64,000 nucleotides of DNA from an uncultured Gammaproteobacteria bacterium (GTDB taxonomy: Bacteria > Pseudomonadota > Gammaproteobacteria > PS1 > Pseudothioglobaceae), in the NCBI GenBank assembly GCA_937896195.1, contig CALBNC010000081.1, positions 5,218 through 69,217 on the forward strand, in the 5' to 3' direction. Made by a program: the position numbers and the translations under genes. The notes beneath the pieces are model-generated. The model was given only the letters and a program-made list of their open reading frames with translations. It did not search any database and was not told the DNA's origin. This document shows positions 40,062-50,794 of the stretch, one piece after another (position 1 is the stretch's first letter; every line of letters begins with the position of its first letter).

Positions 40062-40493
40062 TTAAAATCCATTACCATAAGGATTTCTTGGTTCAGAAAA
40101 ATTGTAATTAGATGGATATGGGCCTGATAAATTGCGTACTGGCGATGAGGCTTTGTTATTTAAATTAGAGAATGACATGGCTGCTGGCGTCATATAAATT
40201 GGGCTTGGCGCTTGCTGTGATTCAGCCTGAAATGCCTGATTAGGCGTGGGCATATTGGCCATATTGAATTGCGAAGCGCCAACATTGTAAGGGCGATTAT
40301 TGTAAGGATAGCCATATTGAGTGTTTTTGTTATCTGAAAATGGGCTATTATTTTTGGCTTTATCCATCCAAAACATGGGTGTCCAAACTGGCCAATCATT
40401 GTTTTTATAGTCATCACCATAGCTATTAAAATCTAAAAATGCTTGTGCATTAAAACTCATGATCGTTAATCCGACTAATAATATTTTTTTCAT
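40062..40493 (-). CDS. Secreted Asn/Pro/Tyr-rich protein (candidate E)
   Basis: SD AAGGA, start MKKILL, signal ending NAQA, WPVWTPMFWMDK, YGYPYNNRPY. Confidence 0.72.
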   Translation of the reverse strand: MKKILLVGLTIMSFNAQAFLDFNSYGDDYKNNDWPVWTPMFWMDKAKNNSPFSDNKNTQYGYPYNNRPYNVGASQFNMANMPTPNQAFQAESQQAPSPIYMTPAAMSFSNLNNKASSPVRNLSGPYPSNYNFSEPRNPYGNGF

Positions 40494-40581
40494 TGTATCC
40501 TTTATCTGTAATTTAAAATCTATTATAAAGCTCAATTTATCGAGTGTGGCGTCTTAATAGCCTTTGGGTATAATACCGCCC

Positions 40582-43500
40582 ATGAGCACAAAAAAAATCC
40601 TACAATCCCTTTTAGAGCAACGAATTTTAGTACTAGATGGCGCTATGGGCACCATGATTCAAAAGCACAAACTTAGTGAAGAAGATTATCGCGGTGAGCG
40701 CTTTAAAGATTGGCATGTTTTGGTACAAGGTAATAACGATCTACTATCCTTAACTCAACCAAAAATTATCCAAGACATTCATCGCTCGTATTTAGAAGTG
40801 GGTGCAGATATTGTAGAAACCAATACTTTTAATGCCACTAAAACCTCTATGTCTGATTATCAGATGGAGGAGTTTGCTTATGAGATTAATGTTGAAAGTG
40901 CACGACTTGCTAAAGAAGCTTGTAATGAATTTTCAACAGCTGAGAAGCCGCGTTTTGTTGCTGGTGTTATTGGCCCTACTTCACGCACCTGTTCACTTTC
41001 ACCAGATGTTAATGACCCTGGCTTTAGAAATGTTACCTTTGATGGACTTGTTGAGGTTTATATAGAATCAACTCGTGGCCTAATTGAAGGTGGCGCAGAT
41101 ATCATACTAATTGAAACCATTTTCGACACACTAAACGCAAAAGCTGCAATTTTTGCCGTACAACAAGTATTTGAAGATGATAAAGTAGAATTGCCTATTA
41201 TGATTTCAGGCACTATTACTGATGCCTCAGGTCGTACATTATCTGGACAGATGACTGAGGCCTTTTACAATTCATTACGCCATGCCAAGCCAATCTCAAT
41301 TGGTCTTAATTGTGCACTAGGACCTGATTTGTTACGCCAATATGTAGCTGAAATGTCTCGTGTAGCAGATACTTATGTGTCGGCCCACCCTAATGCTGGT
41401 CTACCAAATGAATTTGGTGAGTATGACCTAGGTGCAATTACCATGAGTAAACAGGTAAGCGAATGGGCAGAGTCTGGTTTAGTAAATATCTTAGGTGGCT
41501 GTTGCGGCTCAACACCAGAACATATTAGATGTATTGCAGATGCTATTGAAGGCTTGCCACCTAGAAAGATTCCCACTATAAAACCTGAATGTCGTCTTTC
41601 TGGACTAGAAGCTTGTAATATTGCTGATGATGCTTTATTTGTCAATGTTGGTGAACGTGCCAATATCACTGGATCTGCCAAATTTAAAAGACTTATCCTA
41701 AATGAAGAGTACGAAGAAGCTCTGGATATTTGTCGTGCACAGGTTGAAGATGGCGCTCAAATTGTTGATATTAATATGGACGAAGGCATGCTTGATGGTG
41801 AAGCAGCTATGGTTCGTTTTATGAATTTAATTGCTACAGAGCCAGATATTTCAAAAGTACCATTAATGGTGGACTCCTCAAAGTGGAGTATTATCGAAGC
41901 TGGCCTTAAGTGTACTCAAGGTAAGGCGATTGTCAATTCCATATCACTCAAGGAAGGCAAAGAAAACTTTGTTAAATATGCGCATCTATGTAAGCGCTAT
42001 GGCGCTGCTATTATTGTGATGGCATTTGATGAAGCTGGGCAAGCTGACACCCAGGAACGCAAAATTGAAATTTGCACCAATGCCTATAATATTTTGGTTA
42101 ATGAGGTTGATTTCCCAGCTGAAGATATTATTTTTGATCCTAATATTTTTGCTGTAGCAACTGGCATTGAAGAGCATAACAACTACGGTGTTGATTTTAT
42201 TGAAGCTACTCGAGAGATCACTAAAAAATTACCGTATGCCAAAATATCAGGTGGCGTATCAAATGTTTCGTTTTCTTTTAGGGGTAATAATCCTGTACGT
42301 GAGGCGATTCACTCAGTATTTTTATACCATGCAGTCAAAGCTGGTATGACCATGGGTATTGTTAACGCAGGCCAGCTAGTGGTTTATGATGACATTGATC
42401 CAGAGCTGAAAAAAGCAGTTGAAGATGTGGTGTTAAATTCAGATGCTGATGCAGGTGAACGCCTAGTCGAACTTGCACCTAAATTCTCGGGTTCGGGTGA
42501 AATTCAAGACAATAAAAAAGATTTAGAGTGGCGCACATGGGCAGTAGAAAAACGCTTGGAGCATTCTTTAGTTAAAGGCATTACCGAATTTATTGATGAA
42601 GACACCCAAGAAGCACTTGACAAATTAGGTCGCCCTATTCTGGTGATTGAAGGCCCATTGATGGATGGCATGAATGTTGTAGGCGATTTGTTTGGCGATG
42701 GCAAAATGTTTTTACCACAAGTGGTTAAATCTGCTCGAGTAATGAAAAAATCAGTTGCCTATCTGGACCCCTTCCTAGAGGCGGAAAAACAAGATTGTGG
42801 CTCTAGAGCTCGAGGCAAAATTCTAATGGCCACTGTTAAGGGTGATGTGCACGACATTGGTAAAAACATTGTTGGAGTGGTACTCTCATGTAATAACTAT
42901 GAGATTATTGACTTAGGCGTAATGGTCCCAGCTGAAACCATTCTAGCAACTGCCATTAAAGAAAATGTTGATATTATTGGCCTTTCTGGCTTGATCACCC
43001 CTTCACTGGATGAAATGGTCTCTGTTGCTAAAGAAATGACACGCCAAGGCTTTGAGCTACCTTTAATGATTGGTGGTGCCACGACTTCAATTGCACACAC
43101 GGCTGTTAAGATTGAGCCACAATATGATAATGGTGTATTTTATGTCAAGGATGCTTCCAAAGCAGTTGGTGTTGCCACTTCATTATTATCCGAAAAATTA
43201 AAGCCTGCTTTGGTTAGCAGCACTAAAGAAGAATACGAAAAAGTTAGAGTTAGACGTGCAAATAAAGGCAAAAGTAAACTCATTAGTCTAGAAGCAGCTA
43301 GAGAAAACAAGCCAAACATTAAATTTGACAACATTACTAAGCCTAAAAAACTCGGTATTCATGTGTTTGAGGATTATGATCTTAATGAAATTTTTCAATT
43401 TATTGATTGGGTTCCATTTTTCAGAACCTGGGAGTTAGCAGGTAAATTTCCCGATATTTTGACTGATAAAGTAGTGGGAGAATCTGCTACAGCTCTCTTT

Positions 43501-44235
43501 AAAGATGCCAAAGTCTTATTTAAAAAAGTTATCGATGAGAAATTATTACAGGCTAATGCTGTTGTCGGTATTTTTCCTGCTAATAGTGTCAATGAAGACA
43601 TTGAATTAACTAATGAGAATGGTGAGGTGTTCATGACGCTTAACCATCTGCGACAACAGCTAGATAAAAAAGGTAATACGCCTAATTTCTGCTTGAGTGA
43701 TTTCATCGCCCCTAAAGAAAGTGGTGTGCAAGATTACATGGGTGCCTTCGCAGTAACAGCTGGTATTAATATTGAACCATTGGTAGCAGCTTTTGAGGCC
43801 GATCATGACGATTATAATTCAATTATGATCAAGGCTGTGGCTGACCGTTTTGCTGAAGCTTTTACTGAAATGATGCACTATAAATTTCGCACAGAAATAT
43901 GGGGCTATAGCGATGAAGACTTTAATAATGACAAACTAATTGAAGAAAAATACCGCGGTATCCGCCCTGCCCCGGGCTATCCGTCGTGCCCTGAGCATAG
44001 TGAAAAAGGCAAGCTATGGGATTTACTTGATGTTGAAAAAAATACTGGTATGACTCTCACTAGCTCTTACGCAATGCTACCAACAGCCAGTGTTAGTGGC
44101 TGGTACTTCGCTAATAAAGACGCTAGATATTTTGGTGTGGCAAAAATCAATCAACAACAAGTTCAAGATTATGCGAACAGAAAAGGAGTTTCGGTAGATC
44201 AGGCGGAAAGACTACTTTCGCCTAATTTGGAGTAG
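40582..44235 (+). CDS. metH: Cobalamin-dependent methionine synthase
   Basis: [29 protein letters not shown]12-binding [20 protein letters not shown]; start MSTKK. Confidence 0.97.
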   Translation: MSTKKILQSLLEQRILVLDGAMGTMIQKHKLSEEDYRGERFKDWHVLVQGNNDLLSLTQPKIIQDIHRSYLEVGADIVETNTFNATKTSMSDYQMEEFAYEINVESARLAKEACNEFSTAEKPRFVAGVIGPTSRTCSLSPDVNDPGFRNVTFDGLVEVYIESTRGLIEGGADIILIETIFDTLNAKAAIFAVQQVFEDDKVELPIMISGTITDASGRTLSGQMTEAFYNSLRHAKPISIGLNCALGPDLLRQYVAEMSRVADTYVSAHPNAGLPNEFGEYDLGAITMSKQVSEWAESGLVNILGGCCGSTPEHIRCIADAIEGLPPRKIPTIKPECRLSGLEACNIADDALFVNVGERANITGSAKFKRLILNEEYEEALDICRAQVEDGAQIVDINMDEGMLDGEAAMVRFMNLIATEPDISKVPLMVDSSKWSIIEAGLKCTQGKAIVNSISLKEGKENFVKYAHLCKRYGAAIIVMAFDEAGQADTQERKIEICTNAYNILVNEVDFPAEDIIFDPNIFAVATGIEEHNNYGVDFIEATREITKKLPYAKISGGVSNVSFSFRGNNPVREAIHSVFLYHAVKAGMTMGIVNAGQLVVYDDIDPELKKAVEDVVLNSDADAGERLVELAPKFSGSGEIQDNKKDLEWRTWAVEKRLEHSLVKGITEFIDEDTQEALDKLGRPILVIEGPLMDGMNVVGDLFGDGKMFLPQVVKSARVMKKSVAYLDPFLEAEKQDCGSRARGKILMATVKGDVHDIGKNIVGVVLSCNNYEIIDLGVMVPAETILATAIKENVDIIGLSGLITPSLDEMVSVAKEMTRQGFELPLMIGGATTSIAHTAVKIEPQYDNGVFYVKDASKAVGVATSLLSEKLKPALVSSTKEEYEKVRVRRANKGKSKLISLEAARENKPNIKFDNITKPKKLGIHVFEDYDLNEIFQFIDWVPFFRTWELAGKFPDILTDKVVGESATALFKDAKVLFKKVIDEKLLQANAVVGIFPANSVNEDIELTNENGEVFMTLNHLRQQLDKKGNTPNFCLSDFIAPKESGVQDYMGAFAVTAGINIEPLVAAFEADHDDYNSIMIKAVADRFAEAFTEMMHYKFRTEIWGYSDEDFNNDKLIEEKYRGIRPAPGYPSCPEHSEKGKLWDLLDVEKNTGMTLTSSYAMLPTASVSGWYFANKDARYFGVAKINQQQVQDYANRKGVSVDQAERLLSPNLE

Positions 44236-44248
44236 ATTGACTAGCTAC

Positions 44249-45148
44249 TCAATGATTTGCTATGTAATTTAAATGCTCGATATTCGTTCCACAACAGCCA
44301 CCGAGAATTTTAATTCCATATTTTTTATTTAATTCAATCATAAGACTTCCCCATTCAGACACAGGATTAGATTCCAAATTATCCGCCTCCTCAAGATCAC
44401 AATGATCTAATGAAGATGCATTAGCCTGACACCCAATAAGTCTTTCAAATAAGGCTAAAGGTTGAATTTCAGGAGAAATAAATGATGGAAAAATGCAATT
44501 AACCATATAACCTAATGGATTTATATTTGTATTCTCGTCAATGTAGTTAACAGCATCTAGTAGTGTCGTTCCATCCAAAATTAAACCATCTCTTGAAATA
44601 ACAAAACTTATAATGTACGGAATCCCTGTCAACTCCATTGCCTTAGCAATACCAAGAGCTTCCTCTACATTCGGAAGTGTTTCAGCAATTAGATAATCAA
44701 CCTTGCTGCTTGCAAGCTGCTCAATTTGCCAAGAGTGGAAATTCTGAGCCTCTAACTTAGATAACCCTTCACTAGGTTGATAGCAATCATTTTTACACCC
44801 TATCAATCCTCCTATTTTTAGGTTGCTACTATTTTCTTGTAAACTTCTAAAGTCAACTAGAAAGTCAACCGCGTCACGATTAATAGACATTGGAACATTT
44901 GACGACATAACCCTTGAATGATTTGCCCTCCATGTTGGCGTGCATAGCAGAAGTGGGATTTTAGACTGCTCCGCAATATCAGCATATTCTTGATATATAT
45001 TTGTTAACGCCTTTTTTCCATATTCATCATAAATCAATGGAGCATTAACTAATTTTGAATGTAATTTAAAATGACTGGAGCGTCTTAGACGCTCAACAAC
45101 TGCAGCCTCCATTAAAATTTTGTTATTATCACTTAATAATTTTTTCAT
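44249..45148 (-). CDS. Stand-alone homocysteine S-methyltransferase family protein
   Basis: TPTWRAN, AETLP, Zn ligands VNC and GGCCGT. Confidence 0.85.
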   Translation of the reverse strand: MKKLLSDNNKILMEAAVVERLRRSSHFKLHSKLVNAPLIYDEYGKKALTNIYQEYADIAEQSKIPLLLCTPTWRANHSRVMSSNVPMSINRDAVDFLVDFRSLQENSSNLKIGGLIGCKNDCYQPSEGLSKLEAQNFHSWQIEQLASSKVDYLIAETLPNVEEALGIAKAMELTGIPYIISFVISRDGLILDGTTLLDAVNYIDENTNINPLGYMVNCIFPSFISPEIQPLALFERLIGCQANASSLDHCDLEEADNLESNPVSEWGSLMIELNKKYGIKILGGCCGTNIEHLNYIANH

Positions 45149-45176
45149 CTCTCTACTGGTCTACACTTTAAAAAAT

Positions 45177-46064
45177 CTATATTAATAGGGAAAATGACAA
45201 TAGCAGCGGCGTTAATAAAGTAACTGCGACATTTACCCCTAAAAACTGCGGATGATTGCCAATATTTTCCCTATATTTAACAGCGCCATACAAAGGAAAA
45301 AAAGCTAATAATATAGGTGCTAACGCAATTAAACTTAATATTGGTAGATAGCCCATTAACACGTAACCAATAAGCACTATCATAGCTAAAACAACAAACA
45401 AGCCATAAATTTTGTTACTTGCACTAACGCCATAGGCAATTGGAAAGTGACGGCGACCTGCATTAATATCAGCCTGGATATCAGGATATTGATTCAATAA
45501 CAACAAATTATTAATCAGTAAAAATGGAATGATAGAAATCCATAGTGATAATACATAGTATTCGCCAACCAAAACAAACTGAGTGCCAATAACCATTAAT
45601 ACCCCAAATCCTAATCCTGGCGCTATTAAGCAAAGCCAAGGATGTTTGTTAATCCAGCTGGTATACGTCACAATTAGGACTACGCCCAATAAGCCAATTG
45701 GAGCAATTAAAAGCCCATACAGGCTAATAAAATAAATACCAACTAGTAATGTAATAAGTAGTGACACAACAGCTGTTAACCATACTGACTTAAGCCCTTC
45801 TGGATTTTTAGGCAATGCGCCACTACCACCACTAAAATCAGTGCGCTTAGTTTCTAAATCCAAGCCACTTTTAAAATCTAAATATTCATTAAATGTATTA
45901 ACACTAATGTGCGCTGATAGCCCGCCGATAACAACCAATGTTAGTAGTAATAAATCAATGCTTTTTTGTTCGTATATCACAACACTAGCGCCCAGTAATA
46001 CACATATAGGTGTCAGTATTAAGAAAGGCAATCTACTAGATTGAATAATGGTTTTAATTGTCAT
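45177..46064 (-). CDS. UbiA/MenA-family prenyltransferase (DHNA prenyltransferase-like)
   Basis: SRLPFL, VNTFNEYLDFKSGLD, NQYPDIQADINAGRR; multi-TM. Confidence 0.82.
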   Translation of the reverse strand: MTIKTIIQSSRLPFLILTPICVLLGASVVIYEQKSIDLLLLTLVVIGGLSAHISVNTFNEYLDFKSGLDLETKRTDFSGGSGALPKNPEGLKSVWLTAVVSLLITLLVGIYFISLYGLLIAPIGLLGVVLIVTYTSWINKHPWLCLIAPGLGFGVLMVIGTQFVLVGEYYVLSLWISIIPFLLINNLLLLNQYPDIQADINAGRRHFPIAYGVSASNKIYGLFVVLAMIVLIGYVLMGYLPILSLIALAPILLAFFPLYGAVKYRENIGNHPQFLGVNVAVTLLTPLLLSFSLLI

Positions 46065-46079
46065 TCAAATATTTTAGTA

Positions 46080-46316
46080 TTATTCGGATGAGTGGATACA
46101 CTCAATCAATCGCTCTACTTGTCTCGTGCAGCAGCCATTGCCACTTGTGGCATAAGTCTTATCTCGAACCTTTGTCAGCGTAGTTGCACCATTGGCAATT
46201 GCATTAATAATATCTATTTTTTTAACCTCATTGCAAACACATAAATTACGTTTTAAATTCTGCTTGAGTATTTCCGGAAGCTTATCCAGGGGATTTGAAA
46301 TAGGATTAAATTTCAT
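46080..46316 (-). CDS. BFD-like (2Fe-2S)-binding protein
   Basis: LCVCNEV...ATSGNGCC. Confidence 0.78.
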   Translation of the reverse strand: MKFNPISNPLDKLPEILKQNLKRNLCVCNEVKKIDIINAIANGATTLTKVRDKTYATSGNGCCTRQVERLIECIHSSE

Positions 46317-46346
46317 GATTTTTTTTACACGTTAACAAATTAAAAA

Positions 46347-48089
46347 CTATTGGCATTCGTTAAAAATTTTTACATCACATTGACTACAGACATCTCGATT
46401 AAGGCGAGTGTAAATTGTATTGATTGCTAATTGCTTAGAATCAAAAAAGTTTGTTCTGCCAATGTTTTTAATAAAGTGCGCTTGTGCTAAAAATTGATAA
46501 ACAGGTGCCTTTAACCCAACAAAATACAAACCACCTTGTCTTTTTTTTAATCGATCATTTTCAGAAATCAAAGCCTCAATTCCTGATAAATCAATAAAAT
46601 TAATGCCGCTAGCAACAATTAAAATATGATGAATACCCTGACCATCAGATATTTTTTCAATTTTTTTTAAAATATGATTAATTGATCCAAAATAGATTGA
46701 CATATCAACTCTAATTATTTTTAGCTGAGGACACTGTCTAAGTGGCTTTTTAGCAATATTTATAAAACTTCTAGAGGTCTTATTGTCAATATTATCAATC
46801 GATAAAGTTGGTATTCTAGGTGTTGATGTTTTTGCTAAAAATAAAACCAAAGATAGGAGTACACCTAAGTAAATTGCAAACTCCAATTCAAGGAACAAAG
46901 TCGCTAGGAAAGTTGTAATTAAAATTGAAGATTCTGATTTACTATATTTGAAAATTTTAACAATGTGATGTACATCGACTAAATTATAAGCCACCAACAA
47001 GATAACACCGCCCATCGCTGCAATCGGTAAATAAGCTGTTAATGGTGCAATTAACAATACAATAACCATTAAAAACAAGGCTGCAAAAATAGCGGAGAGA
47101 GGTGTCTTTGCGCCAGATTCATAATTAATTCCCGATCTTGTAAAAGAGCCAGAGCCTGCATAACTAGAGAAAAAACTACCAAACATATTAGACATTCCCT
47201 GCCCAACAAACTCCTGATTCGCACTAATTCTTTGATTGGATTTTGTGGCAACTGCCCGACTAATAGAGACAGCTTCAATCAATCCTAACAACGCAATAGC
47301 AAACGCTTCTGATGCAAGTGAGGAAATCGTAGAAAACGAAAGATCTGGCATTGATAACGGTGGTAAATGTGCCGGTATTTCCCCAACAAGCGGGATACTT
47401 TGTGAAAGCTGAAATCGACTAATATAAAAAGCCAAAACACTACCAAGCACCATGCCTATTAAAAGATTAGGTGATTTTGGCCAGATTTTTTTAAACAAAA
47501 TTGCGCTAAATAGAGTTACGAATGCAATTACTAGTAGGTAAGAATCCATACTGAAAAAATCTTGGTATAAGTCAATCCATGTATGTAAAAACGACTCTCC
47601 TTTGGGTATATGAATACCAGTAATATGTTTCAATTGGCTGGTTGCAATTAAGATGGCAGCACCAGCTGTAAATCCTATTACAACCGTGTGCGATACAAAA
47701 TTTACCAAAACACCAAATCTAGCCAAACCAAATGCAAACTGATAAACACCAGCCAGAAAAGTTAGGGTTAATGCCATTGACACAAACTCTGGGGATCCTG
47801 GATCGACATGGCGACTAATGGTTGAAAAAATAACAATTGAAATGGCCGTGGTTGGGCCTGAAACTAAATGGTATGACGAGCCAAATAATGCCGCAATTAT
47901 TGGTGTAACCATTGCTGTATATAGGCCGTATTCTGGTGGAAGTCCGGCAATAGTTGCAAAAGCAACACCCTGAGGTAAAACGACTACAGCACCCGTTAAT
48001 CCAGCAATAAGATCTGCCTTTAAAGTGCTTTTATTAACCTCTTTAAACCATAATAAAAATGGGAATAATGCGAAAACCCACCGATTCAT
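46347..48089 (-). CDS. SulP/SLC26 anion transporter with STAS domain
   Basis: DLIAGLTGAVVVLPQGVAFA.IAGLPPEYGLY, GSGSFTRS, STAS (FIDLSG). Confidence 0.92.
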   Translation of the reverse strand: MNRWVFALFPFLLWFKEVNKSTLKADLIAGLTGAVVVLPQGVAFATIAGLPPEYGLYTAMVTPIIAALFGSSYHLVSGPTTAISIVIFSTISRHVDPGSPEFVSMALTLTFLAGVYQFAFGLARFGVLVNFVSHTVVIGFTAGAAILIATSQLKHITGIHIPKGESFLHTWIDLYQDFFSMDSYLLVIAFVTLFSAILFKKIWPKSPNLLIGMVLGSVLAFYISRFQLSQSIPLVGEIPAHLPPLSMPDLSFSTISSLASEAFAIALLGLIEAVSISRAVATKSNQRISANQEFVGQGMSNMFGSFFSSYAGSGSFTRSGINYESGAKTPLSAIFAALFLMVIVLLIAPLTAYLPIAAMGGVILLVAYNLVDVHHIVKIFKYSKSESSILITTFLATLFLELEFAIYLGVLLSLVLFLAKTSTPRIPTLSIDNIDNKTSRSFINIAKKPLRQCPQLKIIRVDMSIYFGSINHILKKIEKISDGQGIHHILIVASGINFIDLSGIEALISENDRLKKRQGGLYFVGLKAPVYQFLAQAHFIKNIGRTNFFDSKQLAINTIYTRLNRDVCSQCDVKIFNECQ

Positions 48090-48514
48090 GATTTACTTAT
48101 TTCAATAACTCTCAGCTTGTTGGCTAATTGATCAAGTGACGAATTAATAAGCTTAAAGGCACCTTCAGCGCCATACAATTTGGCAAGCTCAAGCGCCTCA
48201 TTGATAACCACCTTATAAGGTACTTCAATTGAGTTTTGTAACTCGTATGCACCCAAGTATAGTATGGCATGCTCCACAGAACCAAGCTCGTCAGTTTCTC
48301 TGGAGATAGTTGGCGCAATTAGCGAGTCCAGCTCAGTTCTGTTTTTAAGAATGTTAATAAATAGATTAGAGAAAAAGGCCTTAGAAATTTTCCCCTCTTT
48401 TTGATTTAAGAACTGTTGCTCAATTTGCAACACTTCGCCACCAGATACTAGATATTGATAAACTGCTTGAACAACGCGTTCACGAGAACGCTGCTTTGGT
48501 GTTTTAAATGCCAT
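48086..48514 (-). CDS. nusB: Transcription antitermination factor NusB
   Basis: RSRERVVQAVYQ, VPYKVVINEALELAKLYG. Confidence 0.93.
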   Translation of the reverse strand: MAFKTPKQRSRERVVQAVYQYLVSGGEVLQIEQQFLNQKEGKISKAFFSNLFINILKNRTELDSLIAPTISRETDELGSVEHAILYLGAYELQNSIEVPYKVVINEALELAKLYGAEGAFKLINSSLDQLANKLRVIEISKS

Positions 48515-48517
48515 AAT

Positions 48518-49021
48518 TTAGAATTTTTGGGTGTCTGCTTGTTTCATCAAATAAAGCATTTCGATCATGGCCATAGTAGCTTCCTCGCCTTTGTTGCCTT
48601 TGTAACCTCCGGCTCTACCAATGGTTTGCTCCATATTCGACGTAGTTAAAACACCAAAGGCTGTTGGCACCTCAAATTGGTAAGAAACATCAGCCACTCC
48701 ACGTGCACATTCATTGCAAACAAAATCAAAGTGAGGGGTTTCACCGTTAATAACTGCACCGAGTGTCACGATGCCGTCATATAAATTTGCACCATTAGTT
48801 TGTTGTGACGCTAAACGTTTAGCCAATAGTGGAATTTCAAATGCGCCAGGTGCGTAAAAAACATTAACATTGCTTTCATCAATACCGTATTTATTGAGCG
48901 TTTCTTGCGCTGCTGATAGAAGCTTATCACCAATATCTTGGTAAAAATAGCCAACAATAATAGCAACCTTACTGTCTTTTAAGAAGTTGCTATTTGCATT
49001 TTTATCAAATTTAAATTCCAT
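48518..49021 (-). CDS. ribH: 6,7-dimethyl-8-ribityllumazine synthase
   Basis: APGAFEIP, LGAVINGETPHFDFV, FGVLTT, NKGEEA. Confidence 0.93.
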   Translation of the reverse strand: MEFKFDKNANSNFLKDSKVAIIVGYFYQDIGDKLLSAAQETLNKYGIDESNVNVFYAPGAFEIPLLAKRLASQQTNGANLYDGIVTLGAVINGETPHFDFVCNECARGVADVSYQFEVPTAFGVLTTSNMEQTIGRAGGYKGNKGEEATMAMIEMLYLMKQADTQKF

Positions 49022-49029
49022 CTAACTCC

Positions 49030-50103
49030 TTAGTTTTTAATATCTACATATTCAGTAACTTCTAAGCCAAATCCTTTAAGACCATGTAGCTTTACAGGTG
49101 AACCTAGGATTCTCATTTTTTTGACACCTAAATCAGATAATATTTGAGCACCAACACCATATGTTTTAACGTCACTCCACACGCGAGAGCTGTGGTCCAT
49201 ACTTTGCAAAATAGACTGATCAGTTTGCTTTCTAAGTAGCAAAAAAACACCACTTTGTGATTTAGAAATATGCTTAAGTGCATTACCTACACTAAAGCCA
49301 CTTACGCTCTCTTGCAAGACATCTCTAAAGGTATCCTCCATATGAACACGGACGCAAGTCTCTTTACCATCAATAATCTCACCCTTAACCAAAGCTAAAT
49401 GAGTTTCATTGTAAATACTATCTAAGAACGAAACCAGTCTAAATGTGCCATACTCAGTTTCAAATTCACGCTCATTAATACGTTCAATTGTTTTTTCATT
49501 TTCAATGCGGTAAGAAATCAAATCTTCGATCGTACCCCATTTAATATTATGTTTTTCAGCAAAAATTTCCAAATCATCACGTCGCGCCATAGAGCCATCT
49601 TCGTTAAGGATTTCGACAATCACAGAGGCGGGCTCAAACCCAGATAAGCGAGCTAAATCACAGCCTGCTTCAGTATGACCAGCACGAATTAATACGCCAC
49701 CAGGTTGAGCCATCAAAGGAAAGATATGGCCTGGTTGAACAATATCAGCTGCAGTCGCATTTGGTGCAACAGCGTCTAAGATAGTTTTAGCTCTATCTGC
49801 AGCTGAAATACCTGTTGTTACACCTTCTACCGCTTCTATTGAAACGGTAAAGTTTGTGCCATTAGCATCGTTGTTATGCGCTACCATTAATGGCAAATTA
49901 AGCTGCTTACAACGTTCTTGAGTTAGGGTTAAGCAAATCAAACCACGGCCATGAGTAGCCATAAAGTTAATATCTTCTTTGGTACAGGTCGCTGCTGGGA
50001 TGATTAAATCACCTTCATTTTCACGATCTTCGTCATCCATAAGGATGATCATCTTGCCTTGCTTGTAATCTTCTAAGATTTCTTCGATCGTTGCTTTTAT
50101 CAT
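49030..50103 (-). CDS. ribB: DHBP synthase fused to a degenerate GTP cyclohydrolase II-like domain (RibBX type)
   Basis: [22 protein letters not shown]; the C-terminal domain has VRVHMED instead of VRVHSEC and lacks the Zn-binding Cys motif. Confidence 0.9.
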   Translation of the reverse strand: MIKATIEEILEDYKQGKMIILMDDEDRENEGDLIIPAATCTKEDINFMATHGRGLICLTLTQERCKQLNLPLMVAHNNDANGTNFTVSIEAVEGVTTGISAADRAKTILDAVAPNATAADIVQPGHIFPLMAQPGGVLIRAGHTEAGCDLARLSGFEPASVIVEILNEDGSMARRDDLEIFAEKHNIKWGTIEDLISYRIENEKTIERINEREFETEYGTFRLVSFLDSIYNETHLALVKGEIIDGKETCVRVHMEDTFRDVLQESVSGFSVGNALKHISKSQSGVFLLLRKQTDQSILQSMDHSSRVWSDVKTYGVGAQILSDLGVKKMRILGSPVKLHGLKGFGLEVTEYVDIKN

Positions 50104-50105
50104 GA

Positions 50106-50699
50106 TTATTTATTGTTTAATAATTGCTCTAAATGGCGCGCAATAATGTCAACCTCTAGGTTGACTTGATCACCTGTTTGTAATTCACCTAAAGTTGTAA
50201 CATTTAGCGTATGTGGAACAATATTCAAATCAAAAATATTACCTGCAATACTATTGACTGTCAAACTAACGCCGTTAATGCATACAGAGCCCTTTCTAGC
50301 AATGTATTTTACCAAATTATCTGGTGCATTAATCTTAAAACGTGTTGACTCGCCTTCATTAAATTGCTCACTGACATTTGCAGTTCCATCAACGTGTCCG
50401 CTAACTAAATGCCCGTCAATACCTTGATTAAGTCTCAGTGCCTTTTCAAGGTTAACATGATCACCCTGCTCCAGCTCAGAGAAAATAGAGCAATCTAGCG
50501 TCTCTTGAGATACATCTGCTTTAAAAAAATCAGAGCCTACCTCAACAGCTGTTAAACACACACCATTAACCGCAATACTATCGCCGATAGAAATACTGGA
50601 AAAATCAAAATTTGTTGCAGTAAAACTAAATACAGCACCCTTATCATAGACTACTTTAGTTTTAATACTGCCAAGTGCTTGAATGATGCCGGTAAACAT
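50106..50699 (-). CDS. ribC: Riboflavin synthase (alpha)
   Basis: [35 protein letters not shown]. Confidence 0.95.
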   Translation of the reverse strand: MFTGIIQALGSIKTKVVYDKGAVFSFTATNFDFSSISIGDSIAVNGVCLTAVEVGSDFFKADVSQETLDCSIFSELEQGDHVNLEKALRLNQGIDGHLVSGHVDGTANVSEQFNEGESTRFKINAPDNLVKYIARKGSVCINGVSLTVNSIAGNIFDLNIVPHTLNVTTLGELQTGDQVNLEVDIIARHLEQLLNNK

Positions 50700-50794
50700 A
50701 AGTAAAGTGAACGATATTAAAGGTTGCTAATTTTACGCTAGTTGTTAGATATGGATCTCTTGATAAAAAAATTTATCACCGGATCTTTGACTCT

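Noticed and set aside
50700-50794. FMN riboswitch upstream of the rib operon
   Set aside because: The gap is under 100 bp and AT-rich, with no RFN conserved elements
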